A stretch of DNA of 43,589 nt from Kipferlia bialata (taxonomy: Eukaryota): the NCBI GenBank assembly GCA_003568945.1, contig BDIP01000025.1, positions 1 through 43,589 on the forward strand, in the 5' to 3' direction. Numbering within the stretch: position 1 is the first letter of the stretch; each line of letters starts with the position of its first letter. The translations under genes and the position numbers were made by a program. The notes beneath the pieces were generated by a model, which saw only the letters and a program-made list of their open reading frames with translations, was not told the origin of the DNA and ran no database searches. This document shows positions 1 to 12,800 of this stretch, in pieces.

Positions 1-40
<40 letters not shown>

Positions 41-53
41 GAGAGAGAGAGAG
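1..53. repeat. poly-G run followed by (AG)n at contig edge
   Basis: G at 1-39, then (AG)n; similar G/C homopolymers flank two of the three gaps and the other end of the window. Confidence 0.95.
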
Positions 54-148
54 CCACAAAACACACACAGTGGGCTCAAAACGAACGAGTACCACGCAGC
101 ACTGACAACGAACACTGCTGAATGAGATATAGTATCACCTCCCCTCAC

Positions 149-293
149 CTGCGGCCACGAGGCCTCTCTTGATGGCCACCTTCACAGGCTCATCGGACAG
201 GGTGGGGAACTCAAAGGTGTCCCCAGGCAGCACTGACACGGCCTTGCCCTTACCATCCCTAACCAGGGAGTACATGGCTGGAGAGGCAGGTAC
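149..293 (-). CDS. internal exon of an unidentified minus-strand gene running off the left edge
   Basis: Acceptor gcatctgtAG, open frame VPASPAMYSLVRDGKGKAVSVLPGDTFEFPTLSDEPVKVAIKRGLVAA, donor GTGAGG. Upstream exons (about 350-760) not resolved; no homology recognised. Confidence 0.45.
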
Positions 294-863
294 CTACAGA
301 TGCAAAGACTCGTAGACTGAGAGACCGGATGGGAGGGGGACTAACTCACAGGTAGAAGCGGGAGTTCTAGTACTAATAAAGAGGGTCAAGAGGCAGTGTA
401 GACCGCAGTGTGAGTGACCACAGCGTGTGTCAGCAAGAGAGTGAGCAGCTCTCTTCTGACTGAGTTTGATACGACAAAAATAGTTGGCCTTACGGGGTGT
501 AGACCCAGGCACTGCTCTCATGGCCTCCCCCACTCCCTTCACCAGGGCATTCCTCACGCCCACCAGTTATAATTGACCCTTCCTACGGGTCCTATAGGTT
601 AGTAGGACAGAGAGTGGGAGTCTCTCTGCAAGAGCTCTGAGCGTGAGGGCTCTGTGAAGTACAGAGAAAGGGAGAGTAAGGGTAGAGGCTCCACCTAGAT
701 GGAGGTGTCTACATCCAAGCCCCACCAGTCGGCACTGGATCTCTATGTACACCAGCTGGAGAACGCCAAGTAAGTTGTGTTGTAGGATCTCTTCTAGTTC
801 AAGCCATTCATTGTATGTATACTGCTCTCTTTGTTGTGGCATCAGTTGGGACAGTGGCTGTTC

Positions 864-3800
864 ATGGAGTTCATATCTAGTATCATGATTGAGCGTTGAT
901 AGTGGTTGTAGAGATCAGTGGATTGAGATAAATGTGTATCATACATATGTCTCTCCCTCATTGCCAGGGACTCCCCTGTGTCCAGAAGGCATGCCGCACA
1001 GTCATTCAGGTAAGGAGCAGAGTATTAGGACATTAGTAAGATCGTGCCATGTTTCGGTGTGTATGCTGGCTGTCCCCATTATTACATGTATACACCCTGA
1101 TTTGTCATTCTCGTGTTCGTCTATCACTCTCTTTGTACTACTGTTCTCACCACCAGGATCTGGGTCGAGGAGACTGGGGCCCTGACGCTGTCAGACTTCC
1201 ACAGGACGAGGTGTGTACCCATATTCTCTCTCTCTCTCGCTGTAGGTTCTCCCTCCTTACTGTCTCCCTCACTATAGGTTCCTGGAGCGCATCTGTGAGA
1301 GGCTCAGAAACCTTGTCATCAGTCCCCTGTACTCCGTGGAGTTCGCAGGCATGGCTAGAGTAGTCTCTCTCTCTGCATCTCGTCTTCTGTATTGTTCTCT
1401 CCAACTCTCCATCTTCTCTCATACCCTATTCCTCCCCTGACCACTAGGCCTTGCTGCCATAGCTGAGCTGGTCTCGCACCGTGTTGGTGACACCCCCTCT
1501 CTCTCTGCCATCCTGTGGGAGGCACTGGTGTCGGTCAAGAAGTGCCCAAAGAACGTGTCGAAGGTGCATACATATGTATCCTCCTCTTAACTCTGCTATA
1601 TGTGTATACTTCTGTCTCACCCTCCAGGCCACCCATGCGTCCATGCGGTCCAAGGCACAGTACATGGCAGCCACCAGCATCGGAAAGATAGTCACATACG
1701 AGAGGTGGGTGCTATATGACCATACTATCTCCTGCCTCAAGATATCTGTATTATGTCATCCACACACCCTCCCTCTGACCCCCAGGAGTATGAACCCTGC
1801 TGTCACCCAGTTGCACCTGGTCGGGTCTATCTTCCCTCTGCTCAGGTACCTGACCCATACACCTCTCACTCCTGTATACATCCACCTTACCATCAGAGAC
1901 AAGTCGAGGAATGCAAACATCGGTGCCTGTAGGGTCCTGGCAGCCATCACGGCAGCAGGTGGGTATTGAATGCGGTCCTTTCTATTCACTGTATCCCCCC
2001 CACCCCAGGCGATGGCCGCACTGCCCTGGATGACATTGATCTGGACACAGCATCAGAGCTACTGAGACTGGTCATCGGACACGTGCAGGGTAGGGACTAT
2101 GTATGTGTTTATATTAATATACACTTAGTCACATAGTGTGTATTGCCTCCCATTCTCCCTGACTCACTGTAGGTGACCCTCTAGTGACAGAAGTGGCAAG
2201 GGGGGCATACACGTCCATCATGAGGTGCATCAGACACAAGCAGGTGAGAGATGTGTCAATGAAGAGAGTCTAGAGGGTTCCTCCTTGCCTTCACATCGTT
2301 GTTATTCATTCGTTCTTTCTTCAAACGTCTTCTCCCCTCTCACCCCCAGGTGCTGCCCTCTGGCTCTGCCCTCTCTCTCTCCCAGCGCAGTGCCGCATCC
2401 CTTGAAGGGGACGATGCAGCAGACAGAGCCACTAAGCTCTCGAGGTATTAGATATCATTATATGTACATAGTGTATAATATACCTTATATACCTTGACTG
2501 ACCCCCAGGCGCAGTAGCATCAGCCTTGATGCCACTGGTAGTGATGCCTTCAGCCAGGCACTAGGGGCCAGGTGGGTGCACTTCTGACACAATATGTATA
2601 TACCGCATTGTGACACTCCTTCACTCTGCGCATCTGTGTGTCTCCTCACCCCAGGATCTTCTCCGGCCACCTGCACCAGGTGGTGTATGAGGCCATGGGC
2701 CCGGGCATCATGTCCTCCAACTCTAACGCATCCTCCCTCTCGGCATGTCTGGTGCTGGCCACAGAGGTAGGGGCAGTGGGTGTATAGAGTAGTAACAAGT
2801 ACCCCCCCTCACCCCCAGTACCTTAAGGAGACCCAGCTGCCAGGGGTCATCAAGAACAGGAGAGGCATTGTCACTGCCATCCTGGCTCTGCTACCTAGCA
2901 GGGCGGCCAGAAATGCAAAGGTATAGGAGTGTGAAGACACGTCAGTGTGGTACAGTCTTGTGTATGTCTACCCCTCACCCCCAGGTCCGCAGTGCTCTGT
3001 CCATGGCCGTCCCTGGCCTGGTGTCCAGTCTCAAGGCTATCGAGGCAGAGGATAGAAGGTGCGGCACATGGGTCTCACTTTTAGTGATTGTTTGGGGGAC
3101 AATTCCCACTTTATCTGTACCTATATCATCCCCTCTTTACCCCCAGGTGGGACAGTGAGAGACAGAAGGAGGCGCAGGCCCAGGCCAACAAGGATAGTGG
3201 GAGGGAGGGAGAGAGGGTCAGGGCTCGGAGGGCCAGGGCCAGACCCCCCCTGCCCCACCTGCCCTACCAGGCACCCTCCTCGACCCTGTCGCACTCTCTC
3301 TCCCACTCCATGCAGGCAGGAGAGGCAGAGAGAGACGATACCTCGAGGGTCGGTGGGGGGACGGGCCAGCAGGAGAGGGAGAGAGAGAGTGAGCTGGATG
3401 GCGAGTATGACCTCCAGCCCGCCCCAGTCCCCAAGCCCCTGGGTGATGTGGACACTCTCATAGGCCCTATAGTCACATTCCTGCTGCAGTGCTACGACAC
3501 TTGTGCGGCAGAGTCCGTGGAGTGTAGCAAGCAAGTGTTCACAGGACTAGGTGCGTCTCTATTATGTGTTAAGCTCTCGAAGTGTAATATCAACTTGTAT
3601 CTAGTTTGAACCCTGACCCCAGCTGCTGTCACTGGGGCTCTTAAGGAGGGCATTGTCAAGTACATGCCCCAGATTAGACCCAGACTCAAGCTGGCTCTTA
3701 GCAGTAACACAGGTGGGTGTATACCCCGTCGAAGTGTGGTTCCTCTGTCACGTTGTATCCATTGTGTACTCTATCTGACCCCCAGACATTGAGTCCGCCC

Positions 3801-6800
3801 TGACCCTTGTGCGGTCTCTGGCCAAGCATGCCCCAGAGGCAGTGGCACCAGCTGTGGCCACGATGCTGGACGTGATGCTGAGCAGGTGCGGGGTGTATAG
3901 TGACTGTGTGACGTGTTGTTGATTTCAATGAAGTGTTGATGTTTTTGTCCTTATTTATCATTGACCCCAGGGAACCCACCAAGGAGCTGGTCACTGCTCT
4001 GCAGCTGTTGCACTCCTCTCTGCCTGTCCTTGCATACCCCATCCAGGTATGTAGTGTCTGTATGCATTATATGTATCTGCAATACGCTATTGATGGCTCC
4101 GTTCTGACACCCAGCGCCGTCTCCTGAACGTCGTGTCTCTGACCCTCGCCGGAGTCCCCTTCTGTCTATCCAACACAGCAGCCCTTCCCCCCCTTAGTGA
4201 GAGAGAGAGAGTCATGGCCCAGCACTCCGATGAGGCCGAAGAGGAGAAGGAGAGGCTCAGAAGGAGGGTCGAGTCGCAGTACACTCGGTCAGCCAGTGCC
4301 AAGCCAAGACGGTATGGGAGCCAGTGTACCTCTCTCATATGACTATCTCTTTCTCACCTCCAGTGTGACCACCTCTGTGTCTTCCTCACAGCTCTCCTCC
4401 CTGCCCGACTCTCCCGTGTCAGCACTCTCCCAGGCCTCTCCCACGGTACGTCAACGTATTATATGCGGATCCACCTCATATTGAATGTGTAGTATGTCTA
4501 TGAGTAAGTAGGTGAGAGTGTATATGGAGTCCAATACCCAGGAGAGCCCTCTGTCTGCTGCTGGGCGTGAGATGTCAATGGACATTGCCATGGAGAGGGA
4601 GAGAGACAGTGAGAGGGAGGAGGACCTGACCCGGTCTACTACTGCCAGGGGAGTGCCTAGGAAGCAAGGTGTGTGAGGGTGTCCTTGTGTGTGTCTCCAT
4701 TAACATCACCTCTTCCCCCACCCCCAGGCACCAAGATCCGACTGGTACTGCCTGAGGAGGCCTTCCAGCCCCAGGATGCAGAGCTGCCCAAGAACCTCTC
4801 ACCTGCCTCTCTAAGGTATGACATGCATAGTAACTAGGTCAGTCTGGTTTTTGGTCTTCTCTCTATCCCTCACCCCCAGGGACTGGCAGCGTTCCTGCCT
4901 TGCTCTGCTGTGTCACTTTGACTTCGGCACCTTCCCCCTTACAGACTTTGCAGCACACGTCGTGGCAGGTGAGGATCTATATATATGTGAATATTTCTAT
5001 TTGTGTGTGATGTGTCTCCGACTCTATCATTCCTCTCTCTGACACCCAGGCTATCTAGATGACCCTGACGCCTCCCTCAGACGCCTAGCATGTGCTGCCC
5101 TAGGGCACATCCTGATACCTGATACAGAGCTCAACTCGAGGAGGACAAGGTAGGATCCTTGTAGGATCCATCTCTAAATGTTCATATGAAACACCTCTAT
5201 ACCTCACACTTCAGAGTCCTGGCCCACTCTCTGTTCCTTGCCGGGCACAGGTGCACCATGCTGACTGGGACTGCTATCAGACTGGTGGTAGTGGCTGTCA
5301 CGGACGAGGAGGTGGGTGTATGGCTATGTATCATGTGTGCAAGTGTCTATATATGCCCCTCACCCCCAGCCGTCAGTGCGTCTGGCTGCCTATCAGGCCA
5401 TCCACCCCTTCCTGGACCAGTTCCTCCATCATGACACAGACACCGTGGCACTCACACTCACCCTGGGGGTCAACGACACGGACCCAGAGGTATGGATATA
5501 TATGTGTGGAGTGCACTATTACGTATAGGATACACATCTACTCACCACCCTCACCCCCAGGTCAGGAAGGAGTGTCTGTCTCTCATGGGCAGGCTGAGCC
5601 CCAACAGACCAGCCCTGCTATACTGCCTCAGGTACAGGATACTCGCTATGCATAATTGTATGTATATATCCATGTGTCATATCAGTTCCGCGTATGTTTG
5701 CAAATTCCCCCCACCTCAGGAACCAGTTCAGCTCTCTCCTTAAGAGGGTCACAGATGCCGCACAGGAGCAGGTGGGTTTCATACAGTGACACATATATCC
5801 ACTATAAAACAATTTGATATGGCTAACCCTACCCCTCTCACACCAGGAAGGCCCCTCTGTGGACGTGCCCTCTGACTATTCCTCAGGTGCCTCCTCCTCC
5901 TCCTCGTCCCACTGGGACCAGATGCCCCCCCCTGCACCCACTGGGTATCTGTCCGGCACAGCCATCTCTGCCCCCCTCTCCCTCTCTCTCCCCCATGGGT
6001 CTGAGAGGGAGTCCATCGGGCCCATGTCGCCCACCTCCCCCTCTGAGGCAGGGTATGCCCTGGGGCAGAGTGTCAGCAGGGGAGGTGGCATGGCTGGGCT
6101 GTCTGGCAGGGGTGGGGGGTCGAGGGGGAAGCCCTTCCACACCATCGGCAGTGTCAGTGTCGACATCCTGACCCATGTCATATCACACTCACCCCCGTCA
6201 GTGGTACGTGTCAGTCAGTCTCTCTGCCTCTCCCACTCTATCTCTCTTGTCACTCCCCTCACCCGTCAGATCATGCCGCAGATTGACTCCCTGGTCACCT
6301 CTCTCCTCACTGTCATCAGCGGGGTGTCCCAGGCCAAGCCAGCTGCCCTCACCCTCTCCCTCTCCATATCTCTCAGTGCAGACAACGTCAGGTGGGTTAT
6401 GGAGTTGTTACATACCTCCCTACTCCCAATCCCTCCTCCTCTAGTCTCCCATACTCACCGACAGGGAGCGTGCCGACCAGCGTCTCCACCTCCTGTCATC
6501 ACTCCTGAGGTAGGGTATAGTTGGTATTGTAATCCGTCACTTCCGTTATAACGAGGGACTGGGTTTGATCCCAATTATGACTGCGGGACAGTCTCTCCTC
6601 TGCCCCCACCCCAGGTGTCTAGGCCATGCCGCAGCTGTGGCCAGGATGAAGATGCTGCCCCACCTCGACAAGTGCTTCAGGTACGGTATTATGCCCATAT
6701 ATCCAACACATCAACCCCCCATTCCACCATCCACCCCAATCAACCCCAGGACCCTGATTGACATCATATCTGTCAGACCCGATGGTACTGCCAAGAGTGA

Positions 6801-9800
6801 CCAGAGAAAGCAGGTAGGCGTTGTTGTTCTGCACAGACAAATCAGCTGTTACATCTGACTTCCTCACCATCCCTGTTCCTCACCCCTCAGGCTCTGCTGG
6901 CCCTTTCTAGTCTGGTGGAGCACACGGGATGCTCCTCCGTCCCCCTCACTGTGTATCCTGAGCTCCTGGACCACCTGTCCACCATCTTCCACACAGAGAG
7001 GGATGTGGCTGTGAGGCTGGCAGCCTCAAAGGCCCTAGGTCAGTGGTGTGGATATGGTATATCCATCGCACGTATATTATGCCACTGGGTGTCTCTGTCT
7101 AACCATAGGCACCCTTGGTGCTCTAGACCACCGGAGACTCAATGCTCTAGGACAGGTGGGTACTCACTGGAGGGTTTACCGTCAGCGTGTGTACATTGTG
7201 TATATACAGAAGCACTCCTATATTCACTGACATCAGGTCCGTCTGACCCCTTCCGATGTCTTTGTCGAGGGCAAGCCTCGGTTCTATGTCACTGCTGATC
7301 CCTTCATCCATAGAGACGTCGGTACGGGATATCCGTTGTAGGATGGCGATATCAGTGTTTAGTAATGGGTACAGTCCAGTCCCTCACCCCCAGGCACCCC
7401 CCTCCCACCCCCCATGCGCCATCACGGCCCCCTGGAGGTGGATGCCTCGAGGGCACACCTGCTCAAGGTGGGTACACTTGTTATACCCATCCTTCCTCTC
7501 TCTTTCTTTCTCTCGCTCTCTCTAACCTTTCAGGATGGCAACAATGGAGGCGAGGGTGGAGGTGGGAACCAGGTATGTACTTGCAATTATGCTCTGCATT
7601 CGAATTGTCTCCCTCCCACGTCTTAGTGCACCTACCACCTATTTCATAGTGACTGTCCACTGACCCTAGGACACCAATGCCGCAGATGGAGACGGGGGTG
7701 ACGGCGACCATGGCTCCACAGACCTCATTGTGCAGGTATGGACATGTATAGTACATAGATGCATATGTATAGGAATGGTATGGTGGGATAAGGTTTATGG
7801 TTGTTAGAGTGGTCCTTCCTTGAGTGGTGGATGTGTAACAATTTGTTCCCAATCCCTTACCCCAGGTCCCCCACTATGTGAGCCAGTTTGGGCTTGACTC
7901 TCTGCTCATGCTACTGGAGGACTCTGCACAGTATGTCAGACACCCCATCGTGACAAGGTATGGGAGGGTGTGACATGTACCTAAGGATATGATATGTATA
8001 CCCTCATCCCCAGTGCCCTTTGTGCCGTACTGAGGAGTGGGGACCAGAAGGAACTGGTACAGAGCAGACTGCCCAGGATCCTAGGTACATACTCTATCTC
8101 TCTCTCTCTGCCTCTCTGCCTCCACCTTACCCCCCAGCCGGTATCCTAGCCACTACAGACAGGGCCCACAGGAGGGAAGGCGGCCAGGACACATGCCGCT
8201 ACTTTGTGGAGCAGGCAGTCCTCATGGTGTCATTCACAGGTGGGGGAGTCTACTGTCTCACTCTCTTACCGTGTCTCTGACCCTCAGGCAGCTATGCATT
8301 CCTGTCAACTGGGTTCACATCTGCTCTATTCAGAAAGTACTGGGGCATAGCTCCCCTGAGGCTCCAGGTGTGTGTGCTCACTTGTGCCCTCTCTCATTGC
8401 ATATGAAGATAGAAGTATACATTGTTCAGCACAGTTGCGCCTCCCCCCACCTATCTCACCCACTAGCTGCTAGCCCTGCTTGAGACACTGCTGCAGGCCA
8501 GGAGACAGGAGTTCCTCGGATACCTACCCTTCTTCGTGAGGCCAGTGCTAGGGGTCCTGTACTCCCAGGTCGGTGTGCCTTGGTATATGCATTGGTACCC
8601 CCACTCCTAATAGTCCATCTATATGCCCCTCTAATGCCTAGGATGCTGCCCAGGGTGCAGATGCCAACTCTCGCAAGAGAGAGCGGGAGAGAGAGAGAGA
8701 GAAGGAGAAGGAGAAGGCCAAGGACAAGTCCAAGGACAGCAAGGGTCCGATGTCGGAGGAGAAGGAGAGAGAGAAGGAGAGAGAGAAGGAGGCCAGTCTC
8801 GAGAGAGGTGCCCAGTCTGGGACAGGGGAGGCCTTCCTGTACAGGACACTCCTCACTATACAGGTGGGTTGAGTATCCTGTGTGTATCTGACTAGCCACT
8901 CCACAACATAGTGGACCCTGTCTCTTTACCCCTCACCCCCTTCTCACCCAGGCCATGACCCCTCTACTGAGGGACTACCTGCACAACGTGGTCCCAGCCC
9001 TGCTACACCTACTGGAGACACCCACAGTTAACAGGTGCGATGTGGAGAGATAGAATGAAGGGCCAAGTTTTCATCTCTCAGACTATTGTGTTGAATCCCC
9101 CTCTGTCTCACCCCAGGACCTCTGGCTCTGTTGGCCCTATCGTGTCAGTCCCCACCCAGGTCCGTACCCTGGACACCCTCGAGAGACTGTGCCGCACACT
9201 GCCCCTGGACCTGCACCTCAGCAGCCTCATCCAGGTACGGTCAAACCAGTTCTTTGTGGACGCGCGTGCCTGAACCGTATATGGTCCCAAGTGTCTCCTC
9301 TCCAATACCCGTCCGTCAATTACCATCCCTCTCCCTCCTCACCCCAGGTCCTTCTCCTGGTCATCTCCAGGCCTGATGTGTCCGGTACCTCCCTCATCGC
9401 ACGGACAGCGGTCAGGGTGCTGTGTTGCGCCGCATTCCAGGTGTGGTATACTTGACTCCACAGTATGTGATGGTATCAGTGTGTGTAATGTCTCCAGTAT
9501 GTTGGTCTCATCCCAGGCTGGCTCCCAGTTTGTAGTGTTTGTGCCAGCTGTATCAAGGGTCCTGTCCAGGAAGAATGTAACCAGTGCAGCCACACGGTAG
9601 GGATACTCTGTACTCTCTCTCTCTCCCCTTATTATGCCCCTGCCACATACCCTCACTCTCCAGCGACATGGAGACCATATGCAACTCCCTCCTCGGGGGT
9701 GTATGGCCCCCTAGGATACCCCTCATGGACAAGTACAACAACATCGTGCCCATATCAGGCCCAGTAGGTACATACTCTCTTTGCATCTCTCTCTCTCTCC

Positions 9801-12800
9801 CATGTTGTTCTCTGACTCTAGGCTTTGCCTCTCTGAAGGGCCAGCGGGAGAGGGCAGAGAGAGGCGAGAGGGGCCGTGACGGAGAGTATGACGAGAGGGA
9901 GAGAGACAGGGCCAGACACAGCATGGGGGCAGGCATGTTGGGACATGCCCCCCCGGCCCTGGGTATAGGCATAGGTATACTGCTAATCCCCTGTATACCA
10001 ACTGTATCCCATTGATCCCCCTCACCCCCTAGGCGTTGGCAAGGGCTCCCCTGCCAGGGATGGTGCTCTGACCCGGTCTGTCCAGACATCCCTCCAGACA
10101 TCCATGATGGACCCCTTACAGAAGCTGTGTGCCCAGCTCAGGGTGCCACCTGCAGGTACCCATGATATAGCGTATATCCCCTTCTATCACTACACTTGAT
10201 GCTGAGCCTAACTTGAAGGAGAACCGGACCAGATTGGCTGGATCACCTCTATTGCAGAGACGGCAATCACCCACTCACCATGTGGGGTACTCAGGTAAGG
10301 GTTGGCTCGCTTGCCAGTGTGACATAGTATAGTCTACCTCCACCTACCTGACCCCAGGGCGTGCAGTGTTGTGACTAAGAGAGACGCCAGACTGGCCCGT
10401 AGTCTATTGACTGTGGCCTTCCTCTCTCTCTACGACGACGCAGATATCGGGGACAAGAAGGTGTGTATGTTGTATATCTAGTGTATATATATATATATGT
10501 GTGTGTCTGGTAACTCGCCGTCCCTGACTCCAGTCTCTGGCCGGTGCCCTAGCCCGTGCCGTATCTTCAGACCTGCTAGGCATGGAGTGTCTTCAGATGC
10601 TGCTGGATCTGATTGAGTACATGGAGAGAACACCCACAAACTTCTGTGACGTGTTTGACTTTAGGTGACAATGCTCTCTCTCTCTCTCTCCCACCCTCCT
10701 CCCTCTCCCACCTACTCACCCTCAGGGGTCTGTCCTTCCTGTCGGAGAAGTGTTCGGCCTTTGCCAAGGTACAGACAAATGCATATATACATATGGACCT
10801 GATATCTTAGTATACATCGGCCTAGCATAGGATTGATCTGCTCGATTATACACTTCTATCTGATGCCCACCCCGTCTCCCTCCCCCTGACCCCAGGCTCT
10901 GCACTACCGAGAGAAGGAGTACGAACTGCAGCCCCTCACCTCAGTGCGGTCTCTCATCAACATCAACCACCAGCTGGGTACGGCATCTATATATAGGTTT
11001 ATGTATCTGTCACTACCGTAACCCCTCCCCCCCTCACCCCCCAGGCCTCACCGATGCCGCAGCTGGTGTCATCATGCACATGCAGGTGGGGGTAGTAGTA
11101 CAAGAAGATGTGGGTTGGACGTCAATGTGAATCCACTGTATGTACTGAATATACTTACTGTCTGATGCACAGGTGCGGCAAAGGCTGGAGGAGCTGAGGG
11201 GACAGGCCTCCAAGGAGCACTTCCACGTCAGGACAGAGTACCTAGAGAGACTGCAGGTCAGACTGGAGCCTCCATCGTTTCTCTCTCTCTCTCTCTCTGA
11301 TTCCCCCTCACCCCTAGGACTGGGGCTCTGCCCTTGACCAGTACCAGAGGCGGTGCGGACGGTTCTCCATCTCTCAGGCGAGTGTGTTTCTCTACCCTAC
11401 ACACAACCCCACCCCCATCTGACCCACAGGCCGAGAGGGAGGATGCCCTCTTTGGCGAGTTGAGGTGTCTGTTCAGTCTCGGAGAGTACAGGTGGGATAG
11501 ATCATGTTTACCAATAGTGTATTCAATCTACAGTGACGTATGTGTCTGTCCAGATACCCCTCCTATCCCTCCATACTCACCCCCCAGACAGGCCCAGTGT
11601 ATAGTCAACACTGTGATCTCTGCCCCCAAGGGTCTGGACCCATCGCTCACAGAGACAGCACCCAAGGTAGGACAGGGACTGTATATCTACTCTCTCTCTC
11701 TCCCTCTATCTGCCACCCCCTCCCCCTGACATCCAGGGCAGCAGACTGCACCGTACCCCCTCCCACACCCATGTGGCCATGTCGCTATCAGACGAACAGA
11801 CAAGGCACATGCAGAAGACGAGGGCCCTGGCAGGTAGATACACCCATATTCATTCCCTAAATGCATCTGTATATGTATATCTCCCCCTCACCTCTAGCCT
11901 TCCGCATGGGCGACATGACCACCCTCGCCCTGTATGTGACTGACCTACCCACCGATGAGTACCTGGGTGCATTCCTCAGGGCAGTGCTCGCAGTGCACAG
12001 GAGAGACAGGGCCAAGGTATGCTTACATGTGTTTCTTTAGCATACTCTGTTACCACTCCTGCTATGCTATCTGCTCACCCCAGGCCATCATCTACATCGA
12101 GAGGGCTCAGCGTCTACTGGACCCCAAGTTTGTAGCCCTGATGGCCGAGTCCTATCCCAGGGCCTATAGGATAGCAGTGCAGGCAGCCCAGCTGGAGCAG
12201 CTGTCTCAGATCATCAGGTGCGGGGCGCAGTGCTCTCTTTCTGTCTCTCTCTCACTCTCTCTCTCTGTCTCTCTACCCCCCAGGTACATGGAGACCTTTA
12301 CCGCCGCCGAGCTGGACATCGACATAGGCAGCCCCACCCCCAGCCCCCACTCTCTGTCTACCACCTCAGCTACCATGGACAGGCACTGTAGACTGGCAGT
12401 GGCAGCAGCTGGGGCACCCCATGTCTCCATGGCAGTGGGTACCAGTGGGATAGACGACGGAGCCAGGGTCAGGGGGAGATACATCCACTCCTGGAACCAA
12501 CTCTTGGCAGGTAGAGATGTGTGAATTTGCCTTATAAGATGTGTTATACTCTTTTCAGTGTGTATGTCCACCCACACTCACACCCAGGTGTAGACCCCTC
12601 CCCAGACACCTGGGCCGAGCTTCTGGCCATCCGTAGGCTGGTCATACCCTCCACATGCGATGTGGACGTCATCATTAGGTATCAGTATCAGTATATGTAT
12701 ATTTGTATTCTTTCGGGGGTGCAGTTACCATCTTCTATTCCGTCACCCACCCCTCACCGTCTAGGTATGCCCACGTGTGCAGGGCTGCCGGTCGCAATGC

